This document shows positions 15,501 through 30,793 of a stretch of DNA of 64,000 nucleotides, in pieces. The DNA is from the human T2T-CHM13v2.0 reference genome, Homo sapiens: the NCBI RefSeq assembly GCF_009914755.1, contig NC_060926.1; one strand, given 5' to 3'. Below the pieces are notes generated by a model that searched no databases, was not told the origin of the DNA, and saw only the letters and a program-made list of their open reading frames with translations. Position numbers and translations under genes: made by a program. Positions within the stretch are counted from its first letter, which is position 1; the number at the start of each line of letters is the position of its first letter.

Positions 15501-16406
15501 GAATTTTTTTGCCTGAGTTGGTACCTCAAATCACTTGAGTTAAACTGCAGATGAATCACACATAATGCAGATAAAATGACTTCATGCCCTAATTTCTAGA
15601 ACGTGACCTGAATGTGAACTAGACATTCGTTTTCCTAAACCCCATGAGACCCAGGTATTCTTGACATGTGTAGAGAGGATTGAAGGGGCCCGAGGCTGTC
15701 TGTCCACTCTCCGTGGGCCTGGCTCTCCTTGGACCAAATCGAATGCATGGGAACACACCCCCCAGTTGTCTTTTTCCTTCGGTTTATATAATTCCTGGCA
15801 TGTGCCTTTCAACACTCCGTTTATGTTAGAAGTTTGGTATTAGCCTCGGGGCTTTACTCTTGACACTGCTACTAATTCTCTACTTTATATTCGTGATTGC
15901 CCTTCTGAAAGGAGAATCTTGTTTCAAAATTGCACCTGGGCATTTTAAAGTAAATAGGATGCAAATCCTTAGTTGGCCTCTTGTGTACATTAACTTCAGA
16001 GTGAAGAATGAATATGTAAGACAGTGATGGGGGATGGGGAGTTGAGCAAGGAAAATAATTTGCATAATGGTGTTTGCTCCCTGGTGAAACTGAAACCCAG
16101 CCTGTGTGGGTGGGGCCTTGTTTCCAAACGTCAGCGCTGCTGCCCACGAAGGCCTGCACCAACGCACGGTGCCCTCCGGGCCGCCCACAGAGGCCGGCGT
16201 CTGGCCAGGAGCAGGGGCTGGGGACAGCAAGTGTGAAACCAGCTGAAGCACCTGCAGCTCAGGCGGGCTGCAGGCTCCCTGCTCTCCCCCTGTGAAGAAG
16301 CACACATTGTTCTTTCTTCCCGCACATTTGAATCTCTCAGTGGGGTCTCATTTTCTGTGACATGGCAAACCTCAAAAAATGGGAGTAAATCATTTCTAAA
16401 GAGCTT

Positions 16407-16754
<348 letters not shown>

Positions 16755-18224
16755 GAGCTCCTGATTTCCATCCCCCACCGAGAATCATTTTCTGAGTCAG
16801 CTGGAGTGTTTCAGAGCCCAACACCCAAGGAGCAGTGCAGGGATGGTGCCCAGTTACAGGGGACAGCTCAGCTCTGAATGTTACAAAGGGCACTTCATGG
16901 ACCACCACCTTTTCTCTGCTTGCTCTGTACCCCTAAAGTACTACAAGGCATTTTTGGTTAATAATAATTTGAATACTATGTGATCTTGTAGATTCTACTG
17001 CGTTTGGCTAGCTAATGTCTCTAAGTAGCAAGATGATTTATTTTTTCTGGACAATACCAGGACTATATGCTGATACAGGACTGGCTTGCTCTAAGGATCA
17101 GATTTTCCAGTGTAAAATATATACTCCTTATAGGGTTGTAAGAGCAGAAGCCCTTCATAGCCTGTTTCTTTTTGCTCTCTCTTCAGCCAGCAGTTGGCCT
17201 GGATCTTTGCTGGTAGACACAGGGAATGTTCTCCTTGACGAGTGGTTCCCACCCTGGCAGCCTCAGATCCCACCATGTTGGCAGGGATGCTGAAATCCAC
17301 CTGCCTATCAGCCTTTGTAAATAACAAAAATCACAAGTGGCTCTAGCATTTATGTATTCTATGATATTGGGACTCGTGATATAAATAATACAAATGCTTT
17401 TACATGCATAATTCAATTTATACTATGTTTTATCTTTAATTACTGGGTAATAAAAACATAACTACTCTCAGGAAGTGTGGGGGATTGTGACTCAGGCTAA
17501 GGTGAGCCTCACAGCCTGGAGGCTGGCTTTAGTGCTGGCTGGGAGAGCTGCAAGGAGATGGCATATGCTGCCGATGAAGGTGTTCTCCAGGAATTTTCAG
17601 TTAGAAGTTTTGATCATTGTTCATTTGGCCTCAGGATGAACATCATGGTACTGCTTTTCATTCTCTATAATTAATATACTTTTCACCGTCAACTTTGCAT
17701 TTGAAAGTATTTATTTTATGGGAAACAGTGAAAAGTAGATAATTAGCACGTGCAAATCTGTTTGGCATTTGTGGGGTGTTTGCCCTGAAAACCTATGGAT
17801 GAAGCCCAAAGACAGGAGCTGGGGGGTTTCATTTAGTTAACTTAAAAGTTTTAATTGGTCTGTGTTACTCTTCTTGTTACATATTTTTTTAAGGCCCTAA
17901 GGTGAGCAAGTTACATTTTAAAATAAGGAGGAAAAGCCAGTTTTAAAAGTAGAATTGAGTCATTGCATGTGTTTTTTTTCCCACAAACATTAGCTGTGTG
18001 ATTATTATGTCCCAGGCACCTAAGGAATAGTGCCCTTGTCCTGGGGAAGTTCACAGTTTGGAAGGGGAGATAGTTGGGAAAGGTAATGTGAATATTAACA
18101 CTCGTGTTTCCTGGGGGCCAAAATGTTCCAGCTTCTGGGCCAGGTTAATTATCTGAATTATCTTATTTCATCCTTACATTGGGAACCAGATGTCCCCAAT
18201 GCCCTTCAGTGATTTTTTTGGTGG

Positions 18225-18340
18225 CTTTGAGGAAAAATGAGGCCCAGAGAGGTTATGTAACTTGTCCAAAGTCACACAGCAGGTAGATTTAAAGTCAAAC
18301 AGTTAGCTCCCAATGTGCACACTCTTAATTACCATGCCAC
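18225..18340 (-). mobile_element. MIR SINE fragment
   Basis: GAGGAAAAATGAGGCCCAGAGAGGTTATGTAACTTGTCCAAAGTCACACAGC. Confidence 0.75.
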
Positions 18341-18537
18341 TAAACCAGACTCTGAACAAAGCACTCTGGGAGCACAGAGAAGACCTCTGAGGGTCTGTCT
18401 GTGTGAGTCTAGGGCATGTTCAAAGTTAAGAGCTGATGTTTAGCTCAGCAGGAAAGGGCTGGGGCACAGTGTTGGATACACATATCAGGTGGCATTTATT
18501 GCTGATGACAGTAAAAGAAAAGTGTAAAACAAGATAA

Positions 18538-18911
<374 letters not shown>

Positions 18912-19651
18912 TGAGATGTCATTCCAGTGTGACATGGTTAACATCAGTGAGGATGGCATTCCTGTCCCACACAGTAAAATGTCACCTCTCACACATGTAA
19001 CTCTGGGTGTAAAGTGAGTAAAAATATGAGACTTAGAAGAATATTTCATCATGGTATGCTGATTGGGGATTTCACTTACTGATACTAGAAAGGTTTTGCA
19101 TTTCAGAACACGATGAAATAGGTAATATTTATCTGAAAGACGCAGACAAGTGGTGGAGGAACCAGACACCCCCAGTGCCATTTGCTGGCTTTTATCAGAC
19201 AGAAAGCAGAAAGGAGAAACATGTTTTATCCCATGAGAAGGAAATATTGGCTTGATGCCTACCATGCCCAGCCTTGCACTAGACATCCAGGTAGCTGCTC
19301 CATGGAGAAGTTCACAGGGTGGTCGGGATAGCACAGGGAGGAGGTAATACGCTTGAGGGAAGTCCAGGAGGGACTCAGGGAGGGTAAGCCAGTAGGGGGG
19401 TGCTCCTGAGAAAGGGAATGAGGCTGTGCCTTGAAAGACTGATTAGATAGAGGAGGAAGTGAAGCATCAGAGGCTGCCCAACAGAGGCAGGAGCTGGGGC
19501 TGGGGTGGGCAAGGAGAAAATCACGCCATCCTCCTGTGTGGACAGTAGAGTTTCATCTGCTGAGGGCAGAGGCCATGTTTTATCCATCTCTGTCCCCTTC
19601 TATGTCCCTTTTTCTCCTCCCTTCCCCATTCCCTGGCATCATATTGGGACT

Positions 19652-20140
19652 TGTTAAGGGCTGAATTGTGTCCCATCCCAAATTCGTATGGTGCCACCCC
19701 AACTCCAGTACCTTGGAATGTGACCGTATTTGGAGAAAGGGTCTCTGAAGAGGTAATTAAGGTAAAATGAGGTCATATGGGTGGCCTCTAATTCAATATG
19801 ACTGGTGTCCTTATAAAAGGAGATTAAGAGCACACCAACATGGCACACGTATACATATGTAACAAACCTGCACATTGTGCACATGTACCCTAGAACTTAA
19901 AGTATAATAAAAGAAAAAGAAAAAAAAAGGAGATTAGGATATAGACATACACAGAGGGAAGACCCACATGACAACATAGCAAGTAGGTGGTCATCTACAA
20001 GCCAAGGAGAGAGGGAGGCCTCAGAAGAAACCACCCTGCCAACAACTTGGTCTCAGACTTCCAGCCATCAGAGCTGTGAGGCAATACATTTCTGTTGTCA
20101 GTCTCTAATACTTTGTTATAGTAGCTCAAGCAAACTAATA
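19652..20140 (+). mobile_element. MLT1 (ERVL-MaLR) solo LTR interrupted by an L1PA 3' end
   Basis: TGTTAAGGGCTGAATTGTGTCCC...GAATGTGACCGTATTTGGA...TCAGACTTCCAGCC...CAAACTAATA. Confidence 0.88.
19829..19924 (+). mobile_element. Severely 5'-truncated L1PA (~95 bp)
   Basis: L1PA 3' terminus CACACCAACATGGCACA...ACAAACCTGCACATTGTGCACATGTACCCTAGAACTTAAAGTATAATAA plus A tail; TSD AAAAGGAGATTA at 19815-19826 and 19925-19936. Confidence 0.93.
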
Positions 20141-21869
20141 ATCCAGTGCTCAACATATTTTTGTTGAATAAAAGCACAAAGAGATTCATGAGAAGAGGGA
20201 AATGTTGCATACTTAGGGTAGGAGCAAACCACAGAGGTCTTTCTCAGCCTGGGCAAAGAATGTCAACTCTGTGTTGGAGCCAGTAGGGAGCTCTGTGGGT
20301 CCTCGAGCAGGAAAATCCCATGGCTTAAGCAGTGTTTCAGGAAGACTGGGATGTTAGGCTCCGGAGCTCTGAGCAAGTCAGATGGGACTGGGAGTCATAA
20401 GAAGGCTTGACTGTGGCTAGTGATAACCAATGAGCACTGGAAACATGGAGGGGAATCTTTCCTCCCTTTTATATCAGGGTTCTCTCCTAGAGGAGCAGGT
20501 GAGGACCTCTGATGGACCAGGAAATTGGAATTCTGCCTGTGGGAGGCAAGCCCATGGAGGCCCTGATCTGCTTGGACAGAGAGTAGCTCCCTTCACCTGT
20601 AAAATGAGAGTGAACGAGCTGGTGTCTAAGGAATTCAGAATCCACACCCATGGAGTTCCACAGGGTATGTGGGATTTTAGGGGGACCAGGGTGTCCCCAG
20701 TGCAAGAAGGAGGCTCCCACCAAGGGGCTGCAGCACTGCAGATAACCCCCAGGGGTATGAAAAGAGGCTGAACTGGGGGCCTCCACAGTCAGAATCCATC
20801 CATTGACCCAGGATGCCAGGAAGGGGGAGGCCCATGGGCAGCAGAGGCTCAACGAACTCCGTGGCCTGACTTGGCCACTAGGTTTTTTCAGCTCTTCAGC
20901 CACTGCCTGTAGGAGGCTAGCTGGCATTCCTTCCTTGGCCTTTAGCTTGCATGGATCGGGGTTTCACGTTAAATTCTAAGCCCAATAACATGGCTCTTTT
21001 TATTTAAACTCAGTGCTGCACAATGATGAATGAATGAATGAAAGATCAGGGCAGATGAACTGTCAAACCTCAGCAGTTGCCCTTATAGTTAGAGGTGTTT
21101 CTGTGAAGCAAATCAAAGCTTATAGTATCAAGAACTTTTTAAAAAAGTACACTTTGATCCAAGTTGGATGTTATTTCTAAGTGTACTCAGGGTGAACACC
21201 TCTTAAAACCCCTTATTATGTATGCTGAGCTATTCTGAACCTCAGTGAGAAATCAGTAATGTCAAGAAACCTATACATAATTATTTGTTATAATATAAAA
21301 ATCCAGAGCTCTTCAAGCATTATTCTATCCTAGTTGGTCAGATTCTGCAGGAAAGAACACTGAGCCTGAAGCAAAATAAATTCCTTGAGTTGAAGAAATT
21401 TGTGTCTTGTAAAAAAGCTGAATGAGAAATAACGTTAAAAATGGAAGGAGGCCTAATGATGATATTACGCCATCTCTTGTCATTACTTAGTCCTCTGTTG
21501 TTTCAGTCATTTAATCTGGTTTTCTTTCTGGATGCTTTAACTTCCATCTTAATTTTCCTTATAATTGTTGTGCAATTATAAAAGACAATCTGAGGGACCC
21601 GCCTTGACAGCCTGGGGTAATATCACTGGGAGTAGGATCTCTCAGAATGCTAAGGAGCAGATGCACTAAGAGAGCTGCATTTCACTCCATTTTATTGGAT
21701 CTTTTGGTATATACGTTTCTGTGACTTTAGTTCAATGGGATGGACTGTTGCATAATACTGAGGGCTATATGAAGGAGGAGTCGTCTACACTTGTAAAAAC
21801 CTTCTTCTTTAGGGGTGGGTAGTGTATAATTGCAAAGGCATTTCTGATTTAATTAAGAGTTGTTTGGTT

Positions 21870-22600
<731 letters not shown>

Positions 22601-23021
22601 TTGCTAATGGGGCACTAGGATGTCCACTAGGTTTTACTCAGTGACATAGGTGACCCACTAAATTTAAGCATATTGGTGTGCAAAGGAGGCATTTGTTGAC
22701 TTGCAAGTAGACACCTCTCACTTATTTGTCACACTCGCTCTTCCTTTTGTAAGCTTCCTGGGAGAGGGATCTCAGTGGCTTTCAAGATCACCCCTTGCAA
22801 ATTAGGCATCATGCCCATCATTCCATCCCCTGTGTGAGATGGCGGCAGAACAGTTCCTATTCAGACACCTGCCCTCATGCCTCTTCCCCCGTCCTCCCAG
22901 CAGCCCCAGCTCCTGGTTCCCAGCATCTAGCTCCTTCCTTATCAGCACAGGGAGTTGCTTTTTGTTTGTTTGTGTTTGAGAAAGACTTCTTATTTCGTGC
23001 ATGCACATTTCCTTTCTGTGA

Positions 23022-24050
<1,029 letters not shown>

Positions 24051-24176
24051 CCAAAATACTTTCTGATGCTGATAAAATGTTTTGTCTACTCTTATGCCCA
24101 AGGAACAGTTCCTCCCTTAGCAGAAGTTAGTGGTTAAAGCTTCCTCTATGTTTGCCAGTCAAGAATGCCACAGGGC

Positions 24177-24721
24177 CAGCCTAAGTGTCCATGAGTGGAT
24201 GAGTGGATAAAGAAATGCAGCACACACACGTATATACACAATGGAATACTATTCAGCTTTTAAAATGAGGAAATCCTGACATTTGCAACAACATGGATGA
24301 ACCTGGAGGACATTATGTTAAGTGAAATAAATTAGGCACAGAAAGACAAACAACACATGATCTCACTTATACGTGATATAGAAAAAAGTTGAACTTACAG
24401 AAGTAGAGAGTCGAATGGTGGTTACCAGGCATTGGCAGGGATAGGGTAATGGGGAGATATTGTTCAAAGGATACAAAAGTTCAGATAGATAGGCGAAATA
24501 AACTTAAGAGATCTACTGTACAACATGTGACTCTAGTTAATAGCAATGTATTGTATTCTGAAATTATTGAGAGTAAATTTTAATTGTCTTCACCATAAAA
24601 GATAAGTATATGTGAATTAGCTCAATTGAGCCATTCCTTAATGCTTATTTCCAAACATCATGTTACACAGTAAATGTAATAGAGTTTTTGTCAATTAAAA
24701 AAATTACCAAAAAATAAAAAA
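24177..24721 (+). mobile_element. L1MA-type 3' end
   Basis: CATTTGCAACAACATGGATGAACCTGGAGGACATTATGTTAAGTGAAATAA, AGAAGTAGAGAGT..AATGGTGGTTACCAG, A-rich end. Confidence 0.88.
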
Positions 24722-27700
24722 TGAATTCCATAGAGACGTTCTCTCCAGGAAGGGTCCCCTTCCTAGATCTGACTACTGGTTAGGGTTAATCAATGCCCCT
24801 TGGCAAAACAAAACCAACCCCACATTTCTTCATCTCCCATGTCCAAGACACATGCAGTGAGTTCTCAGTGTTTACTACCAGCACACAAATGATGGCTGCT
24901 TTATTATTTGGTGACCTTTGTTGTTTGCTGTGATTGTTCTGTTCAGTTTTAGTCCCTCACAGCACTTTCGGCCATTTAGAAAGACAGTATTTGTTCTGCT
25001 AGAGCATTTGCAATCTGTTTCTGATTAGCTTAACTGGTCTTGACCAGTGCTAAGTTCACACTTCAGCTTTGATTTATGCCGTCTCTATCTGCAGATATGT
25101 TTCTTGTTACACTATACAAGAGGAGGCCTCTTCTTATTGACTTCTTATTTTCATGTGAACGAGGTAATAGGTATCAGGAATAATTAGACAAGGCCATACG
25201 CGCTAATGTCATAGGAGACTGAGATATGGAGAGTAAATAATAACAAAATTCCTGATTACTAGGGCATAGAAAAAAAATCATAGGCAACTCCCCAAGTTGA
25301 TAATCCCAAATGTCTAGGCGTCCTTCTCAAATAGGGAAACGTGACATTAAAACTACTCAAAATAAATGAGACTCAGTGGTATTTATAACCATAGATAAAA
25401 AAGAGCAAGGGTCCTGGGGAACTGTGCCAAGGCCCAGCCCTTTGATTCACAAGTATCCACAAAAACAGACTGTACGGGCTGCTTTCAAGAGAAAATGTGG
25501 CCATCAAGGTCAACACTGGAAGCCCTATGGCCACTCATTCATTCCATCTCATTGGCCCTGAGCCTTTCGAAAAGTAGGCAGAGAAGAAGCCCAAAGAACA
25601 ACATGGCAGGCAGGTTAAGGAAGAAAGCAGAGTTCACAGACATCACTAACAATTTCGTAATGACCTCATGACTTCGCTGGAAGGATTCCAGTGGAGGCGT
25701 CACCAGCCCTTTGTCCACCTCTTAGGCTGAGAACCTCAAAGGTTGCCCACACCTTGACCACATACTTTCTTCCTTTTCTTACACAATCAAGCTCTGCACC
25801 AAACATTAGGGGGACATTTGCATTTTCATTATATTCATGCGTATTTCTAGCAAAATACAAATTCTTACAAGATGTTGACTTGTACAGTGTGGCAAGGAAT
25901 ACTGTCATACAGTTGTGCCAAAAACAAGCCCATTTACTTATTTTTTTAAAAATTAATTATATATAATTCTTATAAAATAACAAATTCCATTTATTTCCTC
26001 TTGATCTCTGTCATCAGAGACATTTGAAGGTCGGAGGTGGGTTCAATTGAAAGACATAATGCACTTGACAAGTTGTTGTATGTGTGCATTGTGAATAGGC
26101 CTTAACAGTGCATTCATTTGTTTTATTTTTTCCCATTTATACAGACTTTTGTTCTGCTCTTAGATAAAATACTAATAAACAGGAAGTTGAAAAAAAAATG
26201 TGGTGCAATTGTTCTGAATGTTGTTTTTCTTGCAAGGCTTTATGGGCTACACCACACCATCCTATTCAAAGCAGTCCCTGTAGGTGGTGGTGTTAATAAA
26301 GAAATGAGGCTGCCCAGGGCCGCCTGCCTGAGCCTCTCTGCAGCTGCTCACCTCCTGCTGAGGCCTCTGCCTTCAGAGCTAGTGGGGCCTGCTCACACAT
26401 TCCAGTAGTTTCCTCTTTATTTGTCCTGAACCAAGTTGTAGAATTTAAAGGAGGTGAAGTAAGGCGATTTCTATGGAAAATATATTTTTCTTCTTTACTC
26501 CTCATGCTGAGTGCATAAGAATTTATTATTTCCCCTGAATGTTCAAAGTGGTGTGTGTGTGTGTGTAAAAGAACCAGGAGCAAACAATCTTAATAGGAAT
26601 GTGCGATCTTGTGTTTATCTTTAGCACACTTAATTAGCTACAACCCGGGACTGTTGCCATTTGAACAAGTTGTTAAGAAAATCTGCCATGTTTTGCTCTT
26701 TTTTAAAAGGAATGACTTTAATAACCATAGCAACACTTACTCAGTTTTGTGATCCACTCCAAGATTATGGGAGCAAGAACAGATACTCCTGAAAGCAACC
26801 CTCACCTCCTCCCCCGCCCCCTGCCCTCAGCAAGTCCTGGCCTGTGTGAACTGAAGGGTTTGGAAGCTCTGGTTTCTAGGAGTGCCCAGAAGCTAGAAAG
26901 ACTAGGGTGTACTAGTTATTGAGGGGCAGTTGTCAGTGGCAGTGTGGGGGCACCCCAGTTGTTATTCGAGGCACTGCATTGCTTTTTTGTCTCCTCTGTA
27001 AGCATCCTGCCTCAGTGTCAGGGCTTGCAGAACTAGGCCTGGAGTTATGCCCCCTACCCAACCAAGGCTTTGCCTTTTGCCCCCCACTATGGTGCCACCT
27101 ACTTGGGTTTCCCACAGTTGGTAGTGCCAGGCAGGAAGCAGGAGTGCAGGTTGCAGGAAGGGAGAGCAGAGGAAACAGAAGTTGCTTAGGAGGGAGTTGG
27201 GCAGGCTCTGTCCCCAGCAGATCCAAGGGTCCCTGACAAAGAGAACACCTCACCTCCGCCCCTCCCCAGAGGCACACAGAATGCCCCCTCCCACCACCTC
27301 CAGGCTGTTAATTCACACCCACCCAGGCTGCCCCCAGGCTCCCCAGACCTGTGCCAGTCAAGCCTGGCCTGTGGCTGTGACACCTGCATTACCCCAGACG
27401 GTTGCCTGACCTAGGCCTGTCCTTCTATCTGCTTTGTTTTTATGTTGATTACTAGGTGAAGCACAGTGTTAAAAACGGGAAGAAAAGGCTAGGAATGCAG
27501 TTATGGGAGTGTGAGGCTGGGTTGGAATAGGTGGGAGAAAGTCCAGGGCTGAGTGTGTGGACCCTGCTCTAGGGATCTGACCGGCTCAAGCTCCCAGGCC
27601 ATTAAACAAAGTTGTTAATGTCAAAAAAAAAAAAAAAAAGGGAGAGAGTAAACAAATCTCTCCTCTGTTATTCTGCACCTGGAGAAAAGTAAACCCCTTG

Positions 27701-30518
27701 GGCATAATAGGCTGTCACCAATTAGACATCCGGGAAAGGCTTTTCTGGGTTTAGCCCTTTTGGGGAAGCATGGGGGTAGATGTAAGTGTGTGAACCTTCA
27801 CCCAAGTTCTGGAGAAGGATTCCAGAGTGAAAGAGGTTTCCATGCTGAGTCTTGCATTTAAGGGACCTTCCATGGCATAGCTGCAAAGAAACCTGAATTG
27901 CCCAGGATTAACCACCTTTCCTTTAGACGGTGAGCAGTGTGTTTCACGAACACATTACACATTTTAGGGTTGTCTATGGAGGTATCGGCACTCTCATTAC
28001 TATTTTTAACATTTTATTCTCTGTTCAGGGTTAAGAACTTCACCCACCTAAGTCAGCTCCTGATACAACATGGAATGTTCCAGCAATGAAATGTGAACTT
28101 AAGATATTTGGATTAAAACCCCAAAGTTGAGTCAGGTTTAAATATTCTGCAAGAAGCAGTGAGCTCCTTTTGTCTATTTGGGCACAGTTTTCGTGAATTA
28201 TTTAGGCTTTTCTTAGATGCCTGAGCTCCGTGGTTAGACAGCAGATAAGTTATTTTTCCCTTTAATGCTGAGGCATTTTCACTGATTTCAGTCTTACTCA
28301 TTAGAAAATTCTGTGCTCACCCACAGCTGCCAGGGTTTCTAGAACACAACACCCTACCTTCTCCTGTAGACATTTTAGTCCGTCCTCGCTCCTGCACTGT
28401 GGCTTTCACAGTCAAATGTGAGTTGACCAGCCGTCATTTGTGAGCTGTGAGCGGTATTTTTGGAACTTGCCCACCCCCGTTCCCCCAGAGTCCTGTGGAG
28501 GTCATGCTCATGGGTTCTGCCACCGGGACAGGAAAGTTTGGACATTACTACCAAAAAAATGCAACGTGACTAAGCACCGTTTAAAATAGCCTTTCTTATT
28601 CTCTTGTAAAATTGCAGGGATTTCCATGACAGATGTCGTTTTAGTCATTTTAAAACTTCAGCGCGCTGAGCCTCATCAGCATATTTTTATTTTTGACATT
28701 TCATATTTTAGAGTGGATTGAAAACTAATTTGATCCATTTCAATTTGGAACATCCCTCAAGGTCATTTTACCAGCATTTAGGCCAGTGTTGATCTTGCTT
28801 TCATTTTAAACATAGTTATTTTCTCTCTGTGAAGTGATTACTCCTTGCTTGGTGTGTGGTCTGGTGACTTGTTAATTTCAAAATTCTACGATGCAAGCGG
28901 GTTTGGACGTGGAGCCTGGCCCGGTGTGGCCAGGCTGTGGCTTTGCCCATCGCAACGGCTGCCTTTGCCTCAAATGGCTCGAGGCTGGCACCTGGTCAAT
29001 ATTTGCTTTTGTCCAAAAGAAGGAAACAGTAGGGGACTTGGGTGGTGTAATTTTAGAACTTTACTGTTGGGTTGTTGGCTTGAAAGATCCATTCTCTTCT
29101 ATAAATACAGATACATATTTACTCCTCCAACCTTTCCCTCCACACAATTAAGAAACCCTACAATTAATTATGCCAAATCAAGATTTGCTTTTCTACATGA
29201 TTTTTTCCCTTTTCCCTAGGAAGTCTGTAATGAATTTTCTTCTTTATTGTAATATTTTATGTTTTTATATACACTTGTATATTCTTATAGCACATATATG
29301 TATATATGCAAACTTTCTGAGGCTTCTAAAAAAGAGAAATAATATTGGTTGATTAACCTCAATTTCTTTTCAATATCAAATGTGTAACAATAACCCCAAA
29401 AGGAGAGGTTTCAGAAATTAAAACAAGTTGACATTTGCCCACTTCTGAATTAAAATGCAGCATTTGACTTTTGTACTGTTTTGGCTGTCAAGCCTTAGTT
29501 TTTTCACACTATCAGGTATTTTCAGATCAAAGGTAAATATGATTTAGAATTATATTTCAAATTAGAACTGTCATATGCCCACACATACATTTTGCTGATA
29601 TACTTACAAACTGGTAAACAATGCTCTTTAATCAACAATTCATAATCTGGGTCAGCGATTTTTATCTCCATATTTGCTCATACTGTATGACATCAATATT
29701 TTATATTGGCTTGCCCATAACTTAATATTTTATAAAAGCCTACCTATGAAATTCATATTTCATATTTGCTTGGCTATGAAATTAATTTTTGTGATGCTGC
29801 AGTTCACCTTGTAGCATACAAATTGAGAAAATTAGCAAGCTGCATGTAGTTCCTTGCTGTACAAAAACAAATGACACATGGTGTCTTTATCACTTGTTTT
29901 GTATTTACAGATAAATTTTAAAAATAAAACTTGCCATTTCTGTTAACGTGGAAAACTCCCCACCCCACTCCCATTCTTGTTGACTCTTTTTTATTTTTAA
30001 ACAACAAATACATAATCAACTTCAGTCATCTCATTTTCAGGGGAGTTACTCATTGTATTTTCTACTTACAGTCACCGGGGCTGATGTTGGGATCTGTGAT
30101 CAGTTTCCTGTTGTTACGCATAGCTTTTCTCAGCGGTGAGAGAGACATCATGTACAGAGTACACACGGAGGGTTGAGATAGCAGCCTGGTTTATCTTACT
30201 TCTGATATGACTTTTAAAATATTGATTTTAAAAGTGTGTCTTTGAGTGTACCAAAATAGTATGTCCCTGATGCTTCTCGCTGGATGCAATCCCTGCGCAA
30301 ATGCTTTCTATGCAATTAGATTTTGGGGCTCAGCTTCCATTTTTTAAATCTGTGAAAGCATTGATCATGCCAGCGGCCCTGGAGAGGGCCACTCTGTTTT
30401 AGTGCCATTTACATGTATCAGGACAGGACAGAAAAGGGACAGCATATTACAAACAAAATAAAACTATAATCTTGTTCAATCCTTGTCATGCTGAGGATGT
30501 TTGTAACTATAAAAAAAA

Positions 30519-30793
30519 TTGTATGGATTCCACTTACATGAGATAACTGGAGGGGTTAGATTCATAGAGAAAGAAATTAGAGCAGTGGTTACTAGTGGCT
30601 GGAGGCAAGGGGGGGAATGAGGAGTTATTGTTTAATGGGGACAGCGTTTCTGTCTGGGAAGATGAAAAAGCTCTGGAGATGGATGGTGGTGATAGCTACA
30701 CCACAGTGAGTGTACTTAATACCACTGAAGAGTACACTTAAAAAATGGTTAAAATAGTAAATTTTATGCTATGCCTATTTTAGCACAATAAAA
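30519..30793 (+). mobile_element. L1MB-type 3' UTR fragment
   Basis: GATTCCACTTACATGAG, GATGAAAAAGCTCTGGAGATGGATGGTGGTGAT, ACACTTAAAAAATGGTTAAAAT. Confidence 0.85.
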
